Positions 22,698-29,993 of a DNA stretch of 64,000 nucleotides are shown here, piece after piece. Made by a program: the position numbers and the translations under genes. The DNA is taken from the NCBI RefSeq assembly GCF_054482525.1, contig NZ_CM137006.1; one strand, written 5' to 3'. The first letter of the stretch is position 1, and every line of letters begins with the position of its first letter. The notes below the pieces were generated by a model, which saw only the letters and a list, made by a program, of their open reading frames with translations, had not been told where the DNA came from and did not search any database.

Positions 22698-24200
22698 TTA
22701 AGTCATTATCTGTGCTGGTGGGGTAATGATATGAATTATCCCTCGATTATTCATAATGAATCTACATCGTTCAAGCCCTGTAATTGCTCGCTTTATATTA
22801 TTTGGCTGCATTTTATACTCAGTTTTTAATGCCTTCGTTAAATCGGATTCATGTACACAGCCATCAGCACTAAATTCCATTAACTGTATTATCATTTCTA
22901 AAACTCGTTCTTGTGCTGGTGCATTTTTCTTTTTTAACTCGCTCATATATGAGTCGTAAGCGAGAGTATTATTACGCGCAGCATTTTGAGTAAAATTAAC
23001 TCCTGCTTCATATGATTCTGCATTTACAGCGTTTTGCATTAATTGCTTATTTTGCTGTTGCGTTGTTAGTGGTTGCCGCTGTTGCGTGTGCATTTGCGCA
23101 TAATCATTTATCGGTGATTGCTGCATGATAAATGGTTCATCATTAGCTTGTTTGCGTTCTATTTTTCCTGCTGCAATTACTGGAGTTGGCCTATCAATAA
23201 ATACCAACGTCTTAGTATTGGCGTTTACCTGATAACCTTTTGCATTTTCTTCGGGATAATCGCATAATTCATTATTAATATCATGTAATTCACAGACGGT
23301 AATTCCGTTATCCGCTGTGCATAAATCAAATTGCATCACTGGTAATTTTGCAGCGCTACGGTTTTTTTCGATAGTGAGTGATACGGATAACCCAAAATCA
23401 TTACCCTGCATTTGCTCTAGTTTAATGACTGTATCAGAGTCATTTTTAAGGGTAATGGCTCCTTTCATACCTTTAGCCGCATCTTTGCCGCCGTGGTGAA
23501 CCATCAAGACAAAAGAATTTGTTTCTACTGCAATTCTTTTCAAAATCGAAATCAGCTTACGCATTGCAATAGCATCATTTTCATCAGGATTTTCCATATC
23601 CAAAATGGTTTTTCCATCAATGCTTTTTTTTGTGTAGTATGCCAAAAATGAAGAAAGCGTATCAAAACAAATGATGCCGCCTTTGTTATTGGTGATTTTA
23701 TTTACATCATTTATTATTCGATTCTGTATTTCTTTATCAAATAAGTTTATTTGTGGTGACAAGATGTGCATTCTGTCATTTTTAACGCCACTATTAAACT
23801 TATTAGACCACGCTGTATTTCGATCTTTGATTTCAACGCCTGTTTCACCATCAAAATAAAAAGCATGGCATTCTTTAGCAACTCGCAAACCAGCCCACGG
23901 TTTACCCTGTGCAACTCTGTTTAAAAGAGATAATGCCGCAAATGATTTGCCTGTGTTGGATTCACCATAAAGGAAGCCGACCTGTTTTCGGTTAAATAGA
24001 TTTTCAATTACAGGGCGTAACCGCTTTTCTGATTGCAATTGAATTTCAGCTAATTCAATTGCACACAATTCATCATTTATACCATCATATTCAGACCACT
24101 CACCGTAGTTGGCGGGTGCGTAATAATCAATCGCGAGAGTGTAATAATAATCAGGAATAGCAGACCAATCAATAAACATTCCTGTGCACATATCATTCAC
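22698..24200 (-). CDS. RecA-like (RepA/AAA_25-type) replication ATPase, 500 aa
   Basis: Walker A GESNTGKS near residue 80; hydrophobic strand plus HHGGKD Walker-B-like region; Q/N-rich linker and C-terminal domain; flanked by AlpA-like genes and iterons. Confidence 0.55.
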   Translation of the reverse strand: MNDMCTGMFIDWSAIPDYYYTLAIDYYAPANYGEWSEYDGINDELCAIELAEIQLQSEKRLRPVIENLFNRKQVGFLYGESNTGKSFAALSLLNRVAQGKPWAGLRVAKECHAFYFDGETGVEIKDRNTAWSNKFNSGVKNDRMHILSPQINLFDKEIQNRIINDVNKITNNKGGIICFDTLSSFLAYYTKKSIDGKTILDMENPDENDAIAMRKLISILKRIAVETNSFVLMVHHGGKDAAKGMKGAITLKNDSDTVIKLEQMQGNDFGLSVSLTIEKNRSAAKLPVMQFDLCTADNGITVCELHDINNELCDYPEENAKGYQVNANTKTLVFIDRPTPVIAAGKIERKQANDEPFIMQQSPINDYAQMHTQQRQPLTTQQQNKQLMQNAVNAESYEAGVNFTQNAARNNTLAYDSYMSELKKKNAPAQERVLEMIIQLMEFSADGCVHESDLTKALKTEYKMQPNNIKRAITGLERCRFIMNNRGIIHIITPPAQIMT

Positions 24201-24247
24201 CGTAATTTGGGTATTTAATTAAGAAAAATTCAATTACTTCTTCTTTT

Positions 24248-24400
24248 TTATATAGATGCTTTGTTTTTTTTGTTTTTATCGCAAGTAACTAAATGCTCTT
24301 TTGGAAATTCTTTAGGGTTAAAACGTTTAGCCATATAAAAAGCGGTTGAGCCAATTTTAGCCAAAAGTTGTGCTTCACGAGGTGTAATTAAGTCGCTCAT
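24248..24400 (-). pseudogene. Second AlpA-like fragment (50 codons), partial duplicate of the 22355-22681 gene
   Basis: Translation MSDLITPREAQLLAKIGSTAFYMAKRFNPKEFPKEH... shares the FY-AKRFNPKEFP motif with the downstream AlpA-like gene; weak RBS; not in the ORF track (<60 aa). Confidence 0.3.
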
Positions 24401-24750
24401 GTAGGGTATCTCTTAGATGTATTCTGAGTGCGGTCATGGTAGGCGAGGGGAGGAATAGCGGCAAGCATTACCGGATATAGTAAGCACTACCAGCTAAAGT
24501 CTAACTAACTGTCAACAGATTGAGGCTAAAACCACTGTATGTAAATTCAATTTTAAAAATTAAAAATCATTCTGGCTTAACTAATTATGCTCAATTTAAA
24601 TTGAATCTGATAATAAAAAGAATCAATAAAATGGATTTAGTGATTTTTAGTTGGACGAAATCGTTCATTTTATGTGCATTGCTCGCTGGTGATAATTCAA
24701 CCAATCCATTCAACCTATTCGAATGGGTGGTGAATTTTTGACCGAATTAA

Positions 24751-24920
24751 ATTCACCTGAATATTCACCGAATGATTCACCTGAATCATTCAGCCCTTCA
24801 TTCACCACGAAACCCAGGCGCGGCGGGGCTTACAGGCCGATTCATTCACCTGAATATTCACCTGAATATTCACCTGAATTATTCAACCAAAAATTCACCT
24901 TCATATTCACTCATTCACCT
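24751..24920. repeat. Iteron array: two clusters of three 12-bp tandem repeats (ATTCACCTGAAT) plus degenerate copies
   Basis: Units at 24751, 24763, 24775 and at 24844, 24856, 24868 with further TTCACC copies; lies upstream of the Rep ATPase operon. Confidence 0.6.
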
Positions 24921-24957
24921 CTCTATAAATAAGCATTGGAATGCTTTTTATAGAGGT
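24921..24957. other. Long near-perfect inverted repeat (ctctataaataagcatt gg aatgctttttatagag), hairpin or operator
   Basis: About 16-bp arms with a 2-nt loop, T-run on one side; lies between the iterons and the ner-like gene. Confidence 0.4.
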
Positions 24958-25236
24958 TGATGAATGAAGGTCGTTCAAGTGAATGAACTGTGAGTTGGGT
25001 AAACCCCTAGGGGTTGGGGGTGTTGTCGATTTGTGGTAAATTCCTTCTGCCAGCGTGAAAAAGGCGCTGGTGGGGATTTGCAGCCCCAAACAAACAAAAC
25101 CATTGGCAAGGAATTGCCGATGCGCGTGCGCACGTCAGTTATGGCGGTCACGGCGAGGGAGTCGAAAGGCTCGCCAGTTTTGTTTGTTTGCTGGTACTGC
25201 AAACCTCGTCGTGATCGTCACCACGGGGATGCATGT

Positions 25237-25488
25237 ATGCAGGAAACAGACTGGCACAAAGCGGATATTCTTGCCTCTTTAAAGAAAAAGAAAATCAGCA
25301 TGGCGGGATTATCCCGTGAACATGGTTTATCAAGTAGCACGTTGCTAAATGCACTTAGTAGAGAATGGCCTAGAGGCGAATTAATTATTGCTAATGCAAT
25401 TGGTGTGTCACCTCAAGAAATATGGCCTTCTAGGTATTTTGAAAAAGATGGCTCTCCAAAAAATCGTGTGATTCGTAAACCTGTTTAA
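25237..25488 (+). CDS. Ner/Nlp (SfsB)-family HTH DNA-binding regulator, ~83 aa
   Basis: MQETDWHKADILASLKKKKISMAGLSREHGLSSSTLLNALSREWPRGELIIANAIGVSPQEIWPSRY closely resembles Ner/Nlp; I prefer the internal ATG at 25237 over the 151-aa ORF start. Confidence 0.6.
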   Translation: MQETDWHKADILASLKKKKISMAGLSREHGLSSSTLLNALSREWPRGELIIANAIGVSPQEIWPSRYFEKDGSPKNRVIRKPV

Positions 25489-25705
25489 ATAAGTCAATGC
25501 GTCTCTGATTAAAAGGGGCGCATTTTTGTTTTTACTGACTTGTTGCAATGTGGGATATGTTGCGCACGTGTGTGCGATAGTTGTTAATTGTTTTTTGTAC
25601 TAGTTAACAAATACGAATTTTCTGAGGGTGCTATTTTGGGTTTTAGCTGCGGCTTCGCCTTGCTGCCCTTCGGGCTGGTGGTGCAAGAAGAATGTTTGAA
25701 AACTT

Positions 25706-25751
25706 CCTTTTCTTTGCTTCACCAGCCCCGTAGGGGCGTGAGCGTAGCGAA
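25706..25751. repeat. 46-bp direct repeat, copy 1 (ccttttctttgcttcaccagccccgtaggggcgtgagcgtagcgaa)
   Basis: Identical to 29912-29957; contains a gcccc-gta-ggggc hairpin; ~100 bp upstream of the 383-aa gene. Confidence 0.85.
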
Positions 25752-25849
25752 CCTAATCACTTTGATTTTGACACATATCGGTTCTATCATTTTCAGGAAA
25801 ATCATCATAGAATTATATAAAACATACGATTTTTAAGGTGAATTTTTAA

Positions 25850-27001
25850 ATGCACGAGAAAGCGCAAACAAAAATAAAAGATACTATTAGAGAAATACTA
25901 ATCACTCCAGCAATCGCTTTTACTGGTCGTGCAGGTCATTTTGATTTTTCATTATATGAAGTTTTAGCAAATGAGCTTAACAAAAGAAAGATAAAGTTTA
26001 AAATTGATAAATTATCATGTTGGATTATTTTTGATGGCGCAAAAAAACATTACTTTCAAGATAAATCAATTACTGACGCACAAGCGATAAATGATTTTGT
26101 GGATACGTTATGTAGTATTTACTGTGAAACACCTATGGATTACTCCATCGATTTTCACTTTAGAAATTTAAAAATCGATATCAACCCGATTGATTATGAG
26201 TTTGTTTCAATTAGAGCGGGTGAGGATATTGGTATTGGTTTGTTCGCTGAAAAAGAAAAGTATGCGATTGCGAGCATTAAAAAGAATGGCTATCTTTCAG
26301 GTGGTTATCCTAGCTCATTTATAAAATCGATTTTGCAAGATTTGAAAATCTTCATTTTTTTGATTAAAAGCATTAATTTGATTAAGACAGGAAAAACCAA
26401 TTTAGCATCCACGTTATTTCAATCGATGTCCGGTCATGCTGACACAATTAAGATTGATTGCGTTAATGTTAAATATCCTTGGATGAATAGCAGTGTCCAT
26501 ATTTCAGAGTCGGTAGGGAAATTTTTACACAACTTTATCTTCAATTATGAATTTGAAGAAGGCTACATTATAGAAAAAATAGATCATTCGCTTCAGCTAA
26601 TGAATGCAATAGTAAAAGATGAGTCAAAAGAAGCCTTGCGTATCAAGGCTGCAATTGATTGGTTGGTGCAATCTGAAATCACTGATGATGAAACCATGTC
26701 TTTTATTCAAATTTGCATGGGGCTTGAATCAATTTTTGGTGATGATGATTATGAGGGTGGCCTAACAAACATACTATCTGATAGATGCGCCTACTTAATA
26801 GGGAATAAAATTAAAGAGAGGAGATTTATAAAGGACACATTTAAAAAAATATATCAAGTTAGGTCAAAGATAGTGCATGGCGTAAGAAATCATTTATCAG
26901 ATGATGAATTATATTTTAGGCATTTAGCATATTCATATTTAGAGCGTTCTATTCTAAAAGAAATTCAAAATTTAGACCTGCAATCCCATCAGGCGACGTG
27001 A
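25850..27001 (+). CDS. Hypothetical protein with C-terminal HEPN-like R-x4-H-G motif, 383 aa
   Basis: AGGTGA RBS 8 nt upstream; C-terminal ...KKIYQVRSKIVHGVRNH matches the R-x4-6-H signature of HEPN RNases; strongly AT-rich. Confidence 0.4.
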   Translation: MHEKAQTKIKDTIREILITPAIAFTGRAGHFDFSLYEVLANELNKRKIKFKIDKLSCWIIFDGAKKHYFQDKSITDAQAINDFVDTLCSIYCETPMDYSIDFHFRNLKIDINPIDYEFVSIRAGEDIGIGLFAEKEKYAIASIKKNGYLSGGYPSSFIKSILQDLKIFIFLIKSINLIKTGKTNLASTLFQSMSGHADTIKIDCVNVKYPWMNSSVHISESVGKFLHNFIFNYEFEEGYIIEKIDHSLQLMNAIVKDESKEALRIKAAIDWLVQSEITDDETMSFIQICMGLESIFGDDDYEGGLTNILSDRCAYLIGNKIKERRFIKDTFKKIYQVRSKIVHGVRNHLSDDELYFRHLAYSYLERSILKEIQNLDLQSHQAT

Positions 27002-27236
27002 AGCTTGTGCGCTTCATTATGGGGCTAGCCGCCATCAGGCAAGGCGATTGCATGTCTTTGCGCTTCGTCGCCTCCTGATGCGTTCTGTGAAGATGTCGAT
27101 CATTTAGTGAGCGCGGCGGATGTTGCTGATGGATAGTGTGGATGCAACTGAACCATACCGCGAAAAGTGGCAGGATTGCGCCGGAATCGTACCGCTAGCA
27201 GGTGTTGAGTGTAAGAAGTAGTGATTGGGTGAAATG

Positions 27237-27275
27237 AAGATAGAAGGCCGCATAGAGGCATACAACTAGCCTTAT
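27237..27275 (-). terminator. Hairpin downstream of the lipoprotein gene (candidate terminator)
   Basis: ccgcata...tatgcgg stem followed, on the minus strand, by a T-rich tract. Confidence 0.35.
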
Positions 27276-27288
27276 GCGGTTGGCTGGT

Positions 27289-27732
27289 TCAGCACTGGTA
27301 AAAGTTGGCGAGGTGTGGAATATGGCTGGTGGTGGTTTCGAAAGCCTTGAGGCGTCCATTTTTATCTTTTTTCAAGTAGAGCATTTTTAGTGCTGGTGGA
27401 AATACTGAATCCATAATTCCATAAACTCCCACATTTTCGTTTTCTTCTTTAAGCATTCCCCAATATTGATAACCATTTAATGCGCTATCATCAATGCCCG
27501 TTCCAACGCGCTTAATGTGGGCAAGATATCGGCCTTTTATCGTAAAGCTAAATGATTCATCACGTTCATTTGTGCAAGTGTAAAATCCATCATCGCTTTC
27601 ATTTATAACTTCAGATGCTTCACGATTTAATGAGTACTTGTCTAAGTTGTTTATGATGTCACTTCGCTGTGCGCATCCAGTCAAATTTAGAATGGTAAAA
27701 ATTAGTACAGAAGATGCAAGATATTTGTTCAT
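27289..27732 (-). CDS. Predicted lipoprotein, ~147 aa
   Basis: N-terminus MNKYLASSVLIFTILNLTGC carries a signal peptide with lipobox LTGC; internal ATG at 27732 preferred. Confidence 0.55.
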   Translation of the reverse strand: MNKYLASSVLIFTILNLTGCAQRSDIINNLDKYSLNREASEVINESDDGFYTCTNERDESFSFTIKGRYLAHIKRVGTGIDDSALNGYQYWGMLKEENENVGVYGIMDSVFPPALKMLYLKKDKNGRLKAFETTTSHIPHLANFYQC

Positions 27733-27818
27733 TTTGATTATCCATATGAAAAGCAAGGTACTTAGATTAAATTACCCTGCTTAAGCAGTAATTAGCGGTT
27801 CCGTTAATAGAGGGTAGA

Positions 27819-28178
27819 TTATTTGTTAATTTGTTTTTTAGTGTGTGAGATAAAATTTCTAAGTAAATCTTTTTCAATTACAATTTCACATTTTAGGTTT
27901 TGGCTATCGACCGCATCAATTCTATCAAACCAAAACATTAATTCCTGGCTTGCATCGCATTTACGTTTGAATTTAATTGCCCTGCCGAATTTTTCACTTA
28001 AAGAATCATCATCACATAAAAAATAAATTTTATTATTAATGGTGATTTGAATTAAATATGTCTTCCTCGTTAGGTAATCTAACCTTTCGTTAGCTTTCAG
28101 TAAGTTAGCTTCAGCTTGTTTGATGCGTATAAGAGCATCCTCTTTGCTTAAAGGGGATGTATTGACAGACTTGATCAT
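27819..28178 (-). CDS. Hypothetical protein, 119 aa, upstream partner of the lipoprotein
   Basis: AAGGA RBS 8 nt upstream of the ATG; co-oriented with the lipoprotein gene, 86-bp gap. Confidence 0.5.
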   Translation of the reverse strand: MIKSVNTSPLSKEDALIRIKQAEANLLKANERLDYLTRKTYLIQITINNKIYFLCDDDSLSEKFGRAIKFKRKCDASQELMFWFDRIDAVDSQNLKCEIVIEKDLLRNFISHTKKQINK

Positions 28179-28287
28179 AATTTAATCCTTTGGTTAAGAT
28201 TCATCAAAAATATGCCATAAATAGCCTTGAAGGTTGTGTGGAATACATATTATGATAGCTTCATCTAATCAGCAAGGGGAATAATAG

Positions 28288-28443
28288 ATGCCTTCTAAAC
28301 GTGTTATATGCTCACTTGATGAGCAAGAGTTAGATATTCTCGAAAAATATAAATTACATTATAAAAATATGCATGGCGTAAAATTAAACAGAACGGCAAT
28401 TATCAAAATGTTGATTAGTCGTCTATCAAAAGAAATTCAATAA
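28288..28443 (+). CDS. Ribbon-helix-helix (Arc/CopG-like) small DNA-binding protein, 51 aa
   Basis: MPSKRVICSLDEQELDILEKYKLHYKNMHGVKLNRTAIIKMLISRLSKEIQ shows a beta-strand/helix/helix pattern; GGGGA RBS; divergent from the 27819-28178 operon; below ORF-track length cutoff. Confidence 0.45.
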   Translation: MPSKRVICSLDEQELDILEKYKLHYKNMHGVKLNRTAIIKMLISRLSKEIQ

Positions 28444-28495
28444 TAATTCTAATTACCAATTAATTTAAACTTCACATAATTAAAGAGGCAACTCT

Positions 28496-28810
28496 ATGCA
28501 CACTCTTTTTTCTAAATTTAAAAACAGGAAAATTAAAATGTATCAACCACGTTATAAAAGCAGAATGATTGACGATAATGAATATAATCAGGTGCTTCAA
28601 TCGAGAATGCAAAATCTTTTAAATCAATATAATAATGAGGTTTCAAACTTAACCCGCATTGGTGTTACAAATTTGGGTTTCGGCCGATGGGATAATGGAG
28701 AGAGCAAAATCAATAACCACGTTAATAAAGTAAGTGAGACTTTGGAAAAGATGCAATCTACGCAAGCCTTGATTGATGCTCTTGCAAATGAAATTACACA
28801 AACTAATTAA
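28496..28810 (+). CDS. Hypothetical protein, 104 aa
   Basis: AAGAGG RBS 8 nt upstream; no recognisable motif. Confidence 0.45.
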   Translation: MHTLFSKFKNRKIKMYQPRYKSRMIDDNEYNQVLQSRMQNLLNQYNNEVSNLTRIGVTNLGFGRWDNGESKINNHVNKVSETLEKMQSTQALIDALANEITQTN

Positions 28811-28894
28811 TCGAATGGGGGATGCTTTAAATGGTAATCGCAATCATGGTTGTAATGTTTTGGGCTTTCCTGATTCTTAAAGAGGAAATGAAAT

Positions 28895-29179
28895 ATGGTT
28901 AAATTTGGAGTGTTTTACCATCATGCATGGGGTGATGGTAAAAAGGAAATCCCGCCACCTGATTTAAATTACATCCGAACCGATCCACATAAAAATAATG
29001 AAATTGCTTTAGATGTTTTTGATTCAAGAATGGACGCACAAAAACGCGCTGATTTACTAAATTCACGCATGGCAAAAAATCAAACTGGTCAGCATTATGT
29101 TGCGCCAACAACGCAAGAAACCAAAACGGCTCAAAAGCGCTTTAAGTTTCCTTGTACTAGCATTTATGGGTGGAAATGA
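28895..29179 (+). CDS. Hypothetical protein, 94 aa (paralog family A)
   Basis: AGAGGA RBS; N-terminus MVKFGVFYHHAWGDG is similar to the next gene's N-terminus. Confidence 0.45.
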   Translation: MVKFGVFYHHAWGDGKKEIPPPDLNYIRTDPHKNNEIALDVFDSRMDAQKRADLLNSRMAKNQTGQHYVAPTTQETKTAQKRFKFPCTSIYGWK

Positions 29180-29181
29180 AA

Positions 29182-29556
29182 ATGAGTAAACAATTCGGTG
29201 TTTTCTTTTGGCGAAAAGGTGACGCTATTACCGATATCCCGTCAGATAAAAATGTTGCAAATCGCGGAGTAAAGCCTAAGCGCATTTTTTCAGATTATAT
29301 TGATGGAATGCGATATAAAGATAAAATGAATGCAACAATTCCAGCGGCGCAAAAAGGTAAATATGAATATGTATTAGCGGAAATTGTTGAACCAGACCCG
29401 AACAATACAAAGGTGTTGTTTAAATCTGGAAATTTAACAGAAGCATTAAGGGCGAAGCGACAAACAACCGAACAAATCAACCGAAATAAAATTGATGCAA
29501 TGATTAAAGAAGCCGCACACGATTACCTTTACACTATTACAGGAATGGAAAAATGA
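29182..29556 (+). CDS. Hypothetical protein, ~124 aa (paralog family A)
   Basis: N-terminus MSKQFGVFFWRKGDA parallels the upstream gene; GGTGGA RBS; start at 29182 preferred over 29170. Confidence 0.45.
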   Translation: MSKQFGVFFWRKGDAITDIPSDKNVANRGVKPKRIFSDYIDGMRYKDKMNATIPAAQKGKYEYVLAEIVEPDPNNTKVLFKSGNLTEALRAKRQTTEQINRNKIDAMIKEAAHDYLYTITGMEK

Positions 29557-29852
29557 TTATTGACGAGCGATTTATTAAATGGTCAATGGTGCTGGTGGAG
29601 GCCGGAAAGCCATCACCCAGCCTCGCGGGGCTTTATAAAGGAAACACTAAAGGATTAATCTTTTATAAAACACGTGAATTGGCATCAAATGCAGCCACTA
29701 AACGGAATGAGCAATTAGCAGGAACTAAATCAACCAGCCGATTTAAAATCATTAAATTGCATGACGCAGAAGCACAACAGAAACATGATTTTCAGTTAAA
29801 ACAGGAACGCCAGCGCCGCGATGCACGCCATATGCGCCGATTTGGTTTCTAA
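29553..29852 (+). CDS. Hypothetical basic protein, 99 aa
   Basis: 4-bp ATGA overlap with the upstream gene suggests translational coupling; Lys/Arg-rich C-terminus. Confidence 0.4.
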   Translation: MIIDERFIKWSMVLVEAGKPSPSLAGLYKGNTKGLIFYKTRELASNAATKRNEQLAGTKSTSRFKIIKLHDAEAQQKHDFQLKQERQRRDARHMRRFGF

Positions 29853-29911
29853 ATATAACTCAATAACTCAACCAATGGTGATGTTAAAGAATAAGGTGGC
29901 CTTAAATTTCA

Positions 29912-29957
29912 CCTTTTCTTTGCTTCACCAGCCCCGTAGGGGCGTGAGCGTAGCGAA
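29912..29957. repeat. 46-bp direct repeat, copy 2
   Basis: Identical to 25706-25751; 37 bp upstream of the tape-measure-like gene. Confidence 0.85.
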
Positions 29958-29993
29958 ATAAGTAACATTAATATCAAATCAGAGGTAAATAAA

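Noticed and set aside
24751-24920. Possible CRISPR array
   Set aside because: Repeat unit is only 12 bp, units are directly adjacent with no unique spacers, and there are no cas genes in the window
24520-24960. Short plus-strand ORFs (73, 69, 62 aa) across the iteron array
   Set aside because: Created by the 12-bp tandem repeats (repetitive HSPEYSPEYSPE translation); non-coding iterons explain the region better
25033-25236. N-terminal 68-codon extension of the Ner-like ORF (full 151-aa reading)
   Set aside because: Ner/Nlp-family proteins are ~75-95 aa; the extension covers the structured inverted-repeat element and has no similarity to the family
25588-25836. 82-aa plus-strand ORF upstream of the HEPN-like gene
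   Set aside because: Spans the 46-bp direct repeat and hairpin; no RBS; likely non-coding regulatory DNA
27002-27236. GC-rich ~230 bp stretch between the HEPN-like gene and the lipoprotein terminator, considered as a possible gene remnant or sRNA
   Set aside because: No ORF, no clear promoter/terminator pair, and no motif I recognise; left unannotated
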